A DNA stretch of 63,864 nucleotides, filler included, from Reticulomyxa filosa (GCA_000512085.1; 20 parts of 20 records of this genome joined end to end with filler, not necessarily neighbours in it), one strand, 5' to 3'; counted from the whole stretch's first letter, positions 36,659 to 51,110 are shown. A program made the numbers and translations. The notes: a model not told the origin generated them from the letters alone.

Positions 36659-37605
36659 TTGATGACAAATGGAAGGAAGAGCTTGCCAAGTTGCAAAAAC
36701 AAGATAGACATTACCGGATTTCGACGTTGTCACGATGTACAGTTCTTTATGCAAGGCCATGTATTGTAATGGTAGATTGCGTGTGGCCGAGTTATAAGAG
36801 AATGAACAATAGCTTCATCAGACGCTCTTTATTTGTGACATTGAATATAGTGTGATTATTGACATGACTTTTCCTTGTAATCTTATGGACAGTATATGCA
36901 GTAATATTAAGTGTGATCAAGATTGCCTTTGGCATTGTATACAATCGCAAGTGCAAAGCAAAGTGTATTGTATTTGTCATTAGCAGTTGAGCAGTCGCCT
37001 TCTTGAAAGGAATAGTCAGTTTTATCGCCGTAATGTATCTAGTCTTTGGACGCGTACTCCAACAGCAGACAAATACCAACTGATGGGAAAAAACTGCGCA
37101 AGGCTTCAAGCAGCAGACTCCTTGCAGTTGTACATGCAATCTCTACTTGAGATTACAATACTTCAACTTATATTTAATTGTGGCACCGATCCTAGTGATC
37201 ACCAACTTGTCGTTTTTGGTTGAATGGATGGCGGATAGTGTGATTAGGAATCAATATTTGTATTTGATGAAATGTAACATTCATGTACGTATAATTACGC
37301 AACATAGGGACGACGACCCTGCTCCAAGTATCGCCAAACACATGGATTATGTGCATGGAAACAACTCGAATGCACAACTAAAATGCAAGGAACTTGATAC
37401 CACAATCGTCGATTATGTCTCTATCAGGACCACTTCGACTCCACATGTCATCATCTCGCAACCAATCGAGCCAATATCCGTCGCGGCGCGACAACATCAA
37501 GGCCAAGAACAGACCGATATCGTCAACCTCAGTAATTGGAATGATGTCACTCGAAGGACCCGTTTTGCTTTTGTCTTCTTTCTTTGTGGGATCACTCAAT
37601 TATGA
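36659..37605 (+). pseudogene. Decayed multi-pass membrane protein gene
   Basis: Successive hydrophobic TM-like stretches interrupted by stops and frameshifts. Confidence 0.3.
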
Positions 37606-40600
37606 TTGATTTTATTTTTTTTCAGTTTTATCTATAATTACAAACAGTCCTATATTTGGACTTTATTGTCCTCTGCTTTCTCCTTGCCACTTTTAGTCTA
37701 TACATGGAGTACAAAAATATGCCAATGCCAATGTCACTTTCATTTGTCATCACGTTGCTGCATATTTCTGTAATCTTTTTTTACTGTCATCGTTGCTTTC
37801 ATTTCAAAGTTTTTATAAGTATACGTTGCATATGTATGCAATACTACGATTTGCTTTTGTTTTTCTTCTATTCTTCTTCTGGCTTCACAATCTATAAAAG
37901 TAATCTTTTTGTTACTTTTTTTGCAACTAACGATCGCAATCATATGTGAATGCACATAAGAAGCGCTATCCATCTTGATATAGTCTAAATGTAAAAAGTG
38001 TTTCATCATATACAATGCCTCGAACCATTCTATCTTTACACATGACCAGGTACAACTCGATTCCTCATGAAGAGGTAGTGTATTTATGTAATAAGAAATT
38101 GGTTTATTTGATTGGCATTTGCTCATTAGGAAAGGCTGCAGTGTTGAATTCAATCCAACATTTTTACATGTTCTTCTTCTTTTCTTCATTTGTGGTTCTA
38201 TTGCCTGGTTCACTATCATCTCCACTTGCAGCCTTAGCATATTACCTGATAGAGAAAAAAACAAAGATAAATTAATTGAAATACTTTGAAAGAAAGACAA
38301 AAATAATAAGTGTTTTTTTTATATATATTGAGAAAACAAGACAATCACTAAACAAATTGCAATAATCCACAATTTGAATATTCTCCACCAAATTGACACC
38401 CAATACATACCCAATTTGCATCTCTGATGTGTGTGGCATTGGAAACCACATACAACATAGTTGCAAATACACGTAACAGGTAAATACTGGTACTTGAGAA
38501 AATTATACACGTTAATGACTTGGAGTGAATTGAATAATGTAGTGTGTCCAAGTTGAATGTTGTTTGTTGTGATTGCAGAACACACAGCACTCCATTGCCA
38601 CTTATGCTTCGTTTCCATACATGTCATCCAATCTCCCAGTGATGTATTGTGTCGATCCTCTTTCATCGTCTCTATGGACGTGGATACGCCTTGATTCTCA
38701 CGACAGATCTATACTTCTTGCGCTGGTACATTGTCATCGTCGTCGTACGTCTTAGATACGACCTATTGCTACTTGTCATATTGTTTGGAATAGTCGATAC
38801 GCTCCTAAAACTATTGGTCCACATTTTTGCATTTATTCTTTATTCTTTTTTTTTTTTTTCATATCCACACTGACCTTTAAATAGTGGCCACTATCCTTCA
38901 CGTCGATGTTCGTGTTTTTTTTTTTNNNNNNNNNNNNNNNNNNNNNNNNNNNNNNNNNNNNNNNNNNNNTTAATTAATTAANNNNNNNNNNNNNNNNNNN
39001 NNNNNNNNNNNNNNNNNNNNNNNNNGAGGCTGGAAGCTTTACGAAAAAAACGGACCGATGTATCGCAAATCAGAAGTACAACTGGACCACAAAAAAGCCT
39101 CTGCAAATGTGGATAAGACAAATTGCGACACGAGCAAAACAAATACATGGGAATCCATGCCTCTTACACACAGACATCGTCATCAACCATTTCATCTGTT
39201 TATGTCGAACATTTGCAACAGCTGTGTTGAATAGTTTGTCATTCCAATATTTGAAATTAAAAAATTTTTTTAAAAAAGCGTGTTTAACGTGACTAAAATG
39301 GATAATTACATTCCAACAAAAGCATATTAATTTTAGAAAAAGAAAGACTAAACATAAAATAATTGTGATTGTATTGTTCTTTGTTGTGCATAAAACCTTC
39401 ATTATCTCCAATTGCTTCATGTATTTAATAAATTGATTCCCAGTTACGTCAATTCCTTTGTATTAGTATTGAAATGACAACAAATAATATTTGTCCGTGT
39501 GAATAAATTTTTTTGGTCCTCAAACTATCAAAACTTTAACTAATTGTATCTCCTTCAGCAAATTGTGCTGTTGATTTCAAAACATAAATTCAACCTTGCA
39601 CTTGTCTTGATCTAAATGTATAAACATTTTTTCTATATCATCATCACCTCCAAAGATCTTTTATTATAATATAATTATGCATTTTGTAAGGTCATTTGTG
39701 GATAAAATTATTGAATATTTTGTCGTTGTTGATATTTCAAAAAAATTTGACTGACTTAGTTCTTTTGACCAATTATGTACAATTTTTTTGTTTCATTAAC
39801 CAAATAAAAAACGTTAAAGTAAAATATTTTTTTACTCTCTCAAAAAGGGTCATGTCAAAACCCCTTTTTTAAAAAATAAACTTAAAAAACTTCCTAAACA
39901 TTAACAATATGTGCAGTCGAACTACAACACAGAACTCTACTGAAAGAGAAACTAAACAAAGTCAACAGCTTAATATTTTTGCAATTTTGTTGAAAATAAC
40001 AGAAAAAGAAAAAAATATTTAAATCGTTTGTTTTTGAATGCTCTATTGTGATTGTGATCAATAAAAAATGATATTAAAGTATGATGCAAATATTTATCAT
40101 TTATCAAATCTGAATTTTTTCATTGTTTGAAAAAAAAATGTTGCAATTCAAATAGATCATTAGTAAATAATTTGAAGTTAATGATAGTTCTGTGATATAA
40201 TATGTTCTGGATCGTTGAATAATAAATTATCAAATATAATAAATATGGAAAATATTATCTAAAAAAACATCTGTCTCTAATTGCAAAAATAAATTTTATG
40301 TTTTGCACAGTCTTCAAAAGAAACAACAAAATGATGTAATGCTATTGCCAATGGATTATCAATTTTGTTTAACATATCCAAAAAATCATGTTTGCTTAGA
40401 TTATGCATAGTTTGATGAATTTCAAAGAAAAATAAACTTTGATAATGTCTATTTAATTCCAAAAAAATTTTGTAAAGTTAGACAAAAAATTTATCCCCAA
40501 ACACAAATTCGACCATCATGTGAGCCATACAGTAGATTGCAAAAAAAACTGCCATACCTAAATGGCACTNNNNNNNNNNNNNNNNNNNNNNNNNNNNNNN

Positions 40601-40831
40601 NNNNNNNNNNNNNTTAATTAATTAANNNNNNNNNNNNNNNNNNNNNNNNNNNNNNNNNNNNNNNNNNNNAAAAAAAAGGAATATTTTTATTAAGAAAAAA
40701 AGATTATAAAAGAAAATTAAGAAAGAAAAAATAAATAAAAATTTTTATTAAGGAAAAAAAGAAAAAAAAAGAATAAAGAGAAAAAAATAAAAAAAAGAAA
40801 AGATAAAAAAAATTAAAATTTTATTTATGTT

Positions 40832-40883
40832 GAGGCTATGCCTCCAAATACATTGTTACCCGCACGTGCGGACAACAACAAGT
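40832..40883 (+). mobile_element. Possible Helitron-like 3' terminus
   Basis: Hairpin GAGGC-tat-GCCTC, then a perfect palindrome CCGCACGTGCGG (40860-40871), followed 7 nt later by CAAG|T (one mismatch from CTRR|T). The flanks are almost pure A/T. Confidence 0.4.
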
Positions 40884-42052
40884 TAAATAATTTTATTTTT
40901 TTTTTATTTGTTTATTTTAAAACAACATAAATATAATAATATAGAAATGAAACCGCGAGGAAAATAAGAGAGTGGATTTCAAGACCTGCGAAGTGAAGAA
41001 GTGTGGATATGGCAATGACGTGGCGTTGGCAAATTTCAAGACTGGTGCACAAATTGTTAAAGCTTGGTCGATCATCCCAATGGTAACTATGTTCTATATT
41101 TGAAACAATGGTGTGTGTTATGATATTGCAATACAAATCACACAGTTTGTTTTTCTATCGACAGAACATAAGTAGCTTTAACATATGTGAAAAATCTGAT
41201 CCAAAATACATCCACGCTTATTGTATAGATATTCCTCACGTGGCCGTGACTATGGATTTCAAACAACAAGATATCAATAAAAGAAATATTTTATCAAGTG
41301 AAAGTTATCAACAGTTTATTTAAAGTAATATCAAATATTCCATTGTCTTGATCATTTGAATGGTGTGCCGGAAGCATTGAATAAATACATCCTTGACAAC
41401 AGATGATATTTGAAATATTTGCATTTGATTTGATTAGATTGTATCTTCTATAAATTGTGCTGCTACGAGTAATCCAATATAATATTTACATGTTATCATC
41501 ATCGATGAAGGCACTGTGGAAAATGAATATGAATACAATTGACAATGTGGCGAATGGTAACGTCCGCAGCAACAAATGGATTGTAATCTAGTTTTATCAG
41601 CTCGCTGAACAACTTGGACAATGAAATCTTGAGCGAGTTGATTTGTAACTGTAAATGATCCTCGTGTATCGCCAGCTACTTTATAAATGTATTACAAAGA
41701 TGAACATCAACGATCAAAGTGGTATGATATACGTATATGTACATATATTATAAATGTACATACATACATTTATGTATAATAGAAGTGGACATGATTGTAC
41801 GTTTGGAAGAACAAATCAAGCGAGAAAGGCAGTGTGTATCTGAAAATTGTCGTGGTTGTGGCTACTATTTTGATGTAGTGGATTACACTCGTTGTTCGAA
41901 TGCGACTGCGCCAGTGGAGGGAACACGCTCAATTCACAAACAAACAGGAAAANNNNNNNNNNNNNNNNNNNNNNNNNNNNNNNNNNNNNNNNNNNNTTAA
42001 TTAATTAANNNNNNNNNNNNNNNNNNNNNNNNNNNNNNNNNNNNNNNNNNNN

Positions 42053-42092
<40 letters not shown>

Positions 42093-42144
42093 TAAGTATA
42101 CGTATACATTACTTGTGTGGTTTTGATTGCTTTCACAAAATAGA

Positions 42145-43499
42145 TGCCACTGAAGATGCAAAGATCAGCGGCGATATGGTCGATGATCATGAGACACACA
42201 CGTTCGAGAAGACGGACAAAAACGAAGAAAAAAAAGACGACAAAGAAGAAGGAGAGGAGATGACGATGATGAGAACGAAGATGAAGAGGATGAAGACGAG
42301 AGCGGAAATGAGAATGAAGAGGATGCGGAACATGGGCCGGACGATCCTGACGAAGTAAATCTCATATTAAATGATGTCTTGAATACAACGTTGAAATGCC
42401 AATTCGATTTAGATGGCAATGAGCACAATCCGTTGCCATTGCCAAAAGAATTGGACATGGACGTGGAATATATGTCCGACAACAGGCAACCCGATGCAAA
42501 CGCAACCAAATTTGGCTCCCACAAAACGCATCGAAAAACAGATGAATTTGGAGATGAACGTGCCACCATTGCCGCATTAAATGCGCTGTGGGGAGAGACT
42601 TCAAATGAATCTCTTTATAAGGAACATCAAGGCAATGATGTTGATCAATGTGCTACAATTGGTGATACTCATCCACATGCCGTTGACAATAGTAATGCTA
42701 CTTGTCATATTGCTCACAACACGCTTGGTAACACTGACGAAAGGTTGCAACATTTGTTACCACAATCACTTTGGGACATGGTACGTTTCTTTTCTATTGT
42801 TTTTCACTTGGCATATATATACATATATTTTTTGAAGGGCTTAAACTAAATTAATCCAAAAAAAAATGTATGTATATGTATTATATTGCATGTAAATACA
42901 ATAATTAGATATCTGGTCATGGCACCAAAGAAAAAAGCCCTCCTGCACCTGCCGGAGTCGAAACATTTCTTCGAAACAACGAACACACATGTACTTCACT
43001 CCTCGGTGAGACAACGAAGCATGATGAATATGAAGAGATAGAAACAACAAAATTACCCACATCAATGTCACAAAATACTGCAACAGAAACCACAAATTCA
43101 CAACCTTTTTATCCCACCGTACACAAACGTAAAGCACCGCTTTCGCCCTGCTTTCCAACAAAACAAGATGACAACAAACGGAAAAATATTGTTCGACAAA
43201 AAAGTGATCCTACATTCCATGGTCATCAGCCCTCAAGTGTTCACGAGAACGGCAAGGAGAGCGATATACAAAGAGCATCAAGAGAGGGTCCCGGAAGGCC
43301 GTGGTTTCAGCATTATCAGCAGCATCCACGTTTTCAAGATAGCCCCGAGAATTGTACTACTCGTCTTTTGTACAATGGAATGTTTGAGCAGCATAATGCA
43401 AAGCAAAACGGGGCTCTATCGAATATCAATAATACTCACACAAACACCAAAAGCCGTAACGAACTTATACATCCAAAGAATACAAAAAGAAAGGAGTGA
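42145..43499 (+). CDS. Hypothetical acidic low-complexity protein, 5'-partial
   Basis: D/E-rich open frames, an apparent 1-nt indel near 42255 and an intron starting about 42781. No domain recognised. Confidence 0.45.
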
Positions 43500-44088
43500 A
43501 CTTGAAAATTTTTGTGGGTTATTTTTCTTTTGTTTGTTTCAAAAAATCAATACAATCATCTTGCGTTTTTTAGCGCGTGAAATGGTTGATGCTTTCCATA
43601 ACAAGTTGTTGGTTGTTTTTACCCAAAATCTTGCCAACATAAAATTGCTGCTCACAAGAAGACACAGTCTCGTACAAATGTTTCATTGACATCTCTTTTT
43701 TCTTCTGTTGTAGTTTAGGCACTTGTTGATTGTCTTGCGTCAGTCCTTACTTTATACTAACAAAATAGCCCACTGCACTTTTTTTGTTTATTTCGTTACT
43801 TGGAATTTTGGTCAATCAAAAAATGTAATTGAGCTTCTGAGCTTGAACTCTTTTTTTTTGAAAAATCGAAATTCATCAACACAACAGAACACTTTTTGTG
43901 ATCTTCATTTGTAAATTTTTGCAACGAACACAAAAGAAATGTAGATGGAATTGAGAAAGTGATGAAAAGTCTCACGGCTGAACTAAAACGATTTGTTTTT
44001 CGGGTTTCTCATGTTTTGTTTGTTTTATTTTGTTGGCATTATGATTGATTTTTAAAAAATTTCATTTGCAGAATTCACTCTCGAAATG

Positions 44089-45464
44089 TTAAAAAACCAA
44101 TGTGTCGACCATTGCCCCTAACATTTGCACAATATTGCCTTTCAATGCTTCATCAATTTTTCTTTCCAATCTTTTTCTTGGATCAACTTTTCCGACCTGT
44201 AGTATTTAAGCGTAAAAAACAACATTTTGGTGACGAGTATTTTTTAGCCAAAAAAATGAAACAATATAAAAACAAAAAAAAAAACGGACATGGGCCACTT
44301 CTTTTTGTTCTGGATTCAATTTCTTTTCATCTTCAAGGCGTTTGTTGAATTTAGTGGCCAAATCGAGCATTTCTTTTAAATTTTCCTCATTTGTTTTCGC
44401 ATGTTTTTCAAAATCTTCAGTTAATAGTCCATGACTCCAGCTATTATAAAACCCCCCCAAAAAATTGACTGGTCAAAAAAAAAAATTTTTTTGAAAGTTA
44501 AAGAAAAAAAAATAAAATACGTGAGTCCCCAAACTTTTTTTTTCTCAAATTCATCAACATTTTCATTTCTAAATCATTTTTGCGATACGCAGCAGCGATG
44601 CTGTAATAGTTGCGATTCAAGCCATGAATCAAGGCTTGGATGCTTGGTTTATTCAAATGTCCAATGTTGGAAGTTGTTTGTCGTGGCTCTTGGCCCATCA
44701 TCACCAATTGAGGGTTTATTAACCGAAAAGCATCCAACACAACTTTGCCTATCAAATTGTTTAAAGTTATTAAAAAATGGTTTCGAGATAATAATAGTAA
44801 TAAAAAAAAAAAACAACATCACACCTTTGACGGATTGGATGGGATCAACGACAACGGCCACAGCTCTTTGATTCAATTGCTCAAATGACTGTTGTGTGTT
44901 TACATCGGTTCCAGACAACCAACATCCAAATCCGGGGTGGCTGTGATACCAACCAACCACCATTTCCGGTCGCCCCGTTTGGCTCAACATATCCAACATT
45001 TGCGTTTGAAACACTTCATCAACTGACTCTACACTCACACTCGTACCGCTTTGGGGCATCGCAAATACATCCACTACTCGGACTGTGTAGTCGTCAATGA
45101 ACTCACCCAACATCAGACCCATTACTTCCATTGGCACACCCGCTCGCCCTTTTTTTTGTTGTTGTATGTTTTCTTGCCAAAAAAAAAGGGGGCATCGAAG
45201 GAGTCGCTGTTTAATTGCAAAATTTTATTTTCAAGTAATCAAACCATGCTTCAGCATTTTCAACAAAGACAGGGCCGAAATGTGAATCCTCTCAGCAGTA
45301 TCTTGGACTGGGGCATCGGTACCCGGAAGCTGTTTGGCATCCAGAAACAAAACAAACCCTTGTCAGACCAATTTTCCGTTCCTATTATAGGAAAGAACAA
45401 ATGTTCTAACCGCTGCTCCACCAGGAGCGCCTTGACCCAACATACTCCATAAACGATTGGCCAT
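44089..45464 (-). CDS. RPN11: 26S proteasome regulatory subunit RPN11/PSMD14 (JAMM deubiquitinase), 6 exons
   Basis: [40 protein letters not shown] motif [21 protein letters not shown] and [16 protein letters not shown]. Five GT-AG introns restore a full ORF. Confidence 0.98.
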
Positions 45465-45901
45465 GATCAAAGAGGCTTTAAGCTTATTATATTATGAAAG
45501 GTAAGTTCAAATTCAAAAATTCACTTTTTTTAAAAAAACATGTACAATTTAACAACAATTTTAATTTGATACCCAAATTGCTAATTTTTAATTTTATAAT
45601 TGTTATATTCTTAATTTGTGCATGTTCCTATTTTTTAAAAAGCGAAACAAGAATAGAAAGAAATGTGAAAAGTAGTAATTTTCTATATCAATATGTGTAA
45701 GAGATTACTATTTAGATAAGATTTTTAATAAATGAAGCTGACACCGGAAAGATTCTTTATATTGGGTTATAACTTTTGCGATTTTAAGGCTTGACAACAC
45801 AAAAACGGCATATTTCAAGTTCTTTAAACAAATGTCGAAAGAGTTGACAAACGTTCAACAGATATTTTATAAAAAATAATTTGAATATAATATTAGGTCT
45901 A

Positions 45902-47010
45902 ATGTCTCGACAGAATGAGGAAGCACTCTTGGTGAATAAGGACCAAGAGATAATGGAAGGGCGTGAGACACCAGAGAGTATCGGCTTAGAGCCAGGATCA
46001 GTAGTGCCGTGTAAGCGATCTTGTTCGAAAGCAACAATGAAAGATGTTTTTTGCAAAAGACCAAGATGCTGTAATGTCACATGTGCATTAATATGCGTAT
46101 CTTTATTTGCATTGATTATAAGTGCGATATCGTTGGTATTATATTTTGCCTTCCCTGAAAAGCCGAAATTTGAAGCAGTGTTTATCAGTGTCGACACAGT
46201 CCAAGTGTATTCCTGGCATGACATGTTTTTTGCCAATTTGACTGGAAGCGCTATTGTTCAAGCGTACTCCAGCAACCGAATGGAATGGTGGGCAAAGAGT
46301 GTCACCTTGGATGCTGTATTTCCAGATTGGAAAGATAACGATGTTAGTATGATTTCTCCTGGGACTCTATATGTCTTTTTGTCGCCGAATGAAGTCATTT
46401 GAGGAGTAAGAAGGAGAAGGGGAGAAAGGAGAAAGGGGAAAAGAAAGACTCAAAATTTATAAAATTGTCTAAATTTTTTTTTTTTTTTTTAGATTGATCA
46501 ATAAATATATGTACGATTGCAACGTCATCAAAAAAAAAAATTTAAAAAAAAATGGTGCTGATGGTATGCATCCAACATTATCCCCCCCCTTTTTTTTTTG
46601 TCCCTTTTGCAAAGGTTTACGTCGGTCAGATCCATTGTTGTGATGGAAGACACAACCTTCCTGCAAAGAAATCGAGCAATACAACATTTTCATTGTTGGC
46701 ATTGGCAGTGCCCGAAAGCGTGTATTCGGTGATTTTAGATGAGGAAATTCCCACACATCCTCATTTAATTGACTTTGGCTTGCGTGGTTATGGATACACT
46801 GCGGTGAAAACGCTTGGCATTGAAGCTTATGTATACACTGATTGCTGGTTCAGTTTGAATGGTTCTGTGTTTGTGGAAAATGACATTTACGTGAAAAACG
46901 ATAGTCATCACCATGCCATTGAAAAATTACTTAATCAGACCTGGAAATTGGACGTCGTTAATCAAACTTGTCAATATTCTGGTAGTGATTTTAAATTTTT
47001 CCAATTTTAA
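45902..47010 (+). CDS. Type II membrane protein, LEA_2/NHL-like, 1 intron
   Basis: Cys-rich juxtamembrane region, one TM (ALICVSLFALIISAISLVLYFAF), then P..PKF and a beta-rich domain. Confidence 0.5.
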
Positions 47011-47537
47011 AAAAAATAGCATATGAAATTTCACCAGTGTTAGGATTGGCAATGTTGGGCAATAGGCTTATTATTATTTTTTTTTTTTCCCCTTTTTCTG
47101 TTTTGTTTCTTCTCGCCTCTTGCCAAGGCTGAACTTTCATAATTATCAGACCCTTTTTTTTTTGTACCTCCTTTTATAAAGTTGAAAAATAATAATCTAA
47201 CATACACATTGTTTTGACATATATCCCTTTATCACTGGATGTCAAAATGTGTTAAATCACATTATGCTTACATCTTCTGATGGCTGAAGCAAAAGAGTTT
47301 TTCAAGTATTTTAAATCTTGGAAAGCTATAAATTAGATTCCAAAAAAAAAAACTCGTAACGAAAGCTGTGGACAGGAACCCTAAAACAAACAATGACTAT
47401 GATACCAATAAGAAAAATAAACTATGATACTTGTTGTAGAGTCTATGTACCATTTTATTTGGATTTAAAGGACGGGGATAGTTCGCTCCATCGTAAGTTT
47501 TGGTGTCATTATTTTAGATTCGATTGAATAAAAAAAA

Positions 47538-48509
47538 ATGAGTGCAAGCTATCTTGAAAAGCGGAAAAATAAAAAAATGAAACGAAATCCGACTTTAAGT
47601 GGTCATCTTTTCAATCAAAGGCAATTGAAGCAGTCGGGAGCACTGGAAGATTTGGAAAAGCGATTGAAGCTGAATTCCTTGGACAAAGTAGCAGTTTACA
47701 TTTCAAACAAATAAAACAAGCGAATAAAGCATATTCCTTTCCATCACAGCGAACATCTTAATCGAAAAGAGGTACAATGAGGGATTAGAAACAAAAACAC
47801 AAAAAAAATAAAAAAAAAAAAAAAGGAAAATGAAGGAAGAAGAAGAAGAAGAAGTTTGTTCGGATGCAAAAAACGCAACAAAAGAAGAGGAGAAGATATT
47901 AACACATCAAAACGAAAGCAATGACGAAAAGGAAAAAAGCCATTTCTTGAAGAATGCATAAAAAAAGAGGAATTAGTCAGTACATCATGTCAAGTTGATT
48001 AATTACAAAACGTACATGCATATATATATGTATATATATATATATACATATATATAATAAAAACATTGGTCAATATTTAATACCTTATATGTGTATGTAT
48101 GTAATGTGGATAAAATTAGAAAATTGAAAGTTTGATAAAAGAGTTGGTTGCACAAACTACACCTCCACGCCGTGCGATATGTGTATTGCGACGGTTGAAA
48201 AAAGTGACGGAGAATGTGGTGGACCCCGAGTTCCGTACATTGAATATCCGCAAAAACAAAGACAATTTTTTGGATGTGGGCAATGTGGAAGAGTACCTGC
48301 GCGAGCTCGGGTTTGACCATGCATCGGCAGGAGCGGGGAATATGGCGTATCTATGTTGCAAAGCACCCCCTTCGGAAGCTATCGTCCAACAGTGTACCAT
48401 TATAATCGATGGTTACATTGCAATATGTCAAGCGCAAGAGCAGCAAGAGAGCCAACCCACTGTGCTTTGTTCAAAGGCAGATATAAATGTTTATGCAAAT
48501 GACAATGGC

Positions 48510-48569
<60 letters not shown>

Positions 48570-48696
48570 CGATTACAAGTAATTGCAACGACGACGACAG
48601 ATATGACAAGTACCCCTTCGCCACCTCTTTGCATAACAGCGTCGCCCAGCCCGGAACCACTCTTGCCGATGACGAGTATTGGCAAACGACGTCGAG
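47538..48696 (+). CDS. PUB-domain protein, 3'-partial, 1 intron
   Basis: VLRRLKKVTENVVDPEFRTLNIRK..FLDVGNVEEYLRELGF resembles the PUB core. A poly-Asn (AAT)n tract follows. Confidence 0.6.
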
Positions 48697-48840
48697 NNNN
48701 NNNNNNNNNNNNNNNNNNNNNNNNNNNNNNNNNNNNNNNNTTAATTAATTAANNNNNNNNNNNNNNNNNNNNNNNNNNNNNNNNNNNNNNNNNNNNAAAA
48801 AAAAAAAAAACAAACAAAAAAAAAAAAAAAAAAATAAAAC

Positions 48841-49464
48841 CTGTGGCCCTCGATGCTTTGAAAATTCGCAATAAAATATCCATGCAACATTTCGATGGGA
48901 GACATCCGAGACAGCACGGTTGGAGTCAAATAATTTGGTAAGCAATTTTTTGTCTTGGATGTGCAAGGCTCCTTTGATATATCCTCCTTTGTACTCATAG
49001 TCGTAACGACAATCCACAATAATGAAATGGTCAAACATGTCGCCATACTCGCCGTGGAGCAACTTCAGTAATGTATCACTGCTGATCAATTTGCACCCGT
49101 CTTGGGTCATTTCTGCAATTGGAAATGTCGGGTTTGTTTGGCTCTTGACGGCGGACCCTAAAGTTCGAACGCACTCCGTTTTACTTTGGAGTGCCTGCTT
49201 TTTTACTATCTCACCCTCTGAAAACAGTCCCGTCAGCATATCTCTATCCACATACTCCACTGATCTTTCTTGCGTACTCTGCACCTTCGTCATCGATGAC
49301 TGCAACATTCTGTCCTTTTCAATGTGGACATTATCCAATATTCCAGAGCCTTTCAACATGTTCTGCAATGTATATACACAACGCGATACATGCATATATA
49401 ATATATGTGTAAAGTACTAGCTCGATGTATTGCCTTACAAAAACATAAAAAAAAAAAAAAAGAG

Positions 49465-49495
<31 letters not shown>

Positions 49496-49853
49496 CATAC
49501 TTGTATACAAGGGTCTACCACGGTTGTAAGCTGGAAGCTAGACACTAAAGATTATATATACATATATACATATATGTACATATATATGTGTATAAAATGA
49601 AAAACACATATACAAAATAAATCTAGTTTTCAATAGTTAACAGATAAACCGGTATGAATCACTTGGTATGTTGCGAAGGTCCTGTGAGTGCGAGTGCAAT
49701 GCTTCTTTTTCGGACCAAAATGACGCTGGATCTTTCAGTGGACTATAAAACAACACATTCCCCACAAATTGTTCTCACAAGTTTTGCTGACACTTACAAA
49801 AACATGTTTCCCTTTGCTTTTCGGACTTTTCGAGAAAGAACGAGGATTTCATC
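48841..49853 (-). CDS. CDC25: Cdc25-like dual-specificity phosphatase (rhodanese fold), partial
   Basis: ISSDTL.KLL.GEY, IIVDCRYDYEYKGGYIKGA and the catalytic loop IFYCEFSKHRGP (CX5R). Upstream exon limits are uncertain. Confidence 0.82.
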
Positions 49854-49947
49854 ACAAAAAAAAAAAAAAAAAGTATATATATTTATATACATATATATAC
49901 ATATGTACATATATGTATATATTTTATGAATGTAATAGAAATGACTG

Positions 49948-49987
<40 letters not shown>

Positions 49988-50573
49988 NNNNNNNNNNNNN
50001 NNNNNNNNNNNNNNNNNNNNNNNNNNNNNNNTTAATTAATTAANNNNNNNNNNNNNNNNNNNNNNNNNNNNNNNNNNNNNNNNNNNNGGAAAAGTTATCC
50101 TTATTTAATTCTTCCTGTTTGCAATTTTGCGTTTGTTCTTAAAAAGTGAACGTTTGTACGATATTTTCCAAAGACAAACCAACGCTACCCTTCTTTTTTG
50201 CTCTCATTCATATCCTCACATTAAATACCTTCTCGAGAATAAATGGATATTGAAGCAAAAAAATACTTATTAAATGAGGAGTTGCCACAGGCAGATGTAT
50301 GTTGATATTCATCCCCGTTTCCTTATCTTCCCTTTTTTTTCCGTTAAAAAAGCATTCTCTAAGAGCAACAGGAACAGTAAAGAAAAAGTTTCCTAGCAAG
50401 CGATTGATAAAACAGCGCCGGAAACATAATACGTTTCAAATATTGCAAAGAAAGATGAGAATTCCTCAACAACGACAACAAAAAATTATTGATTTTGCCA
50501 AATGTTGTTGCACCCAAGGTTCCTTCTCTTGTGAACACAACAATTTCAATAAAAAAGGGAGTGGGAACAAAAT

Positions 50574-51110
50574 TCACGGTGTAGTTTCATCTTTGATAGA
50601 CTTAGGAGCAGGGTTGTGAAATGGTGGCATTGATTCTTCTAAATATGCCTCCAACCCGTATTTTTCAATCAAAGAGCTTTCATGTGCAAACAATTGGTCC
50701 CACATTTCCACGCCAGTTGTCTTCAAAAGTGAGTAGCAAATGCCCATAGACCAAAACAAAGCATTTTTATTTTGAGACGACAGTTTCCACAATTCATCAC
50801 AATCTTTGAGTTCTTCTTTAAATGATCGGATGGTGATCAAATCCTTAAATGATATGAGCTCAATCCTTTCTTTGTTCGGTGTCACACTCTTATCAAACCA
50901 TGTCAGTTTGAAATGAATACCGTTGTATTCTTTAAATAAAGGCGCAACATCTGTCAAAATATACACATATATGTGCATATACATAAACATAAAAACAGAA
51001 ATCATATATGTTAATCGATCATCCTGATAGCAAAATACAACGGAATACACACCAAAGTTAGGATTACGAGCATTTAACGCAATTTCTTTTAACGAATAAT
51101 CATTATCGCT
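50574..51110 (-). CDS. Hypothetical protein
   Basis: Open frame with coding-like composition and a probable short intron at about 50953-51010. Confidence 0.35.
   Translation of the reverse strand, partial: SDNDYSLKEIALNARNPNFGVYSVVFCYQDDRLTYMISVFMFMYMHIYVYILTDVAPLFKEYNGIHFKLTWFDKSVTPNKERIELISFKDLITIRSFKEELKDCDELWKLSSQNKNALFWSMGICYSLLKTTGVEMWDQLFAHESSLIEKYGLEAYLEESMPPFHNPAPKSIKDETTP

Noticed and set aside
48511-48569. (AAT)n and other regular short repeats as possible CRISPR or telomeric arrays
   Set aside because: Simple microsatellites (here coding poly-Asn) with no repeat-spacer structure.
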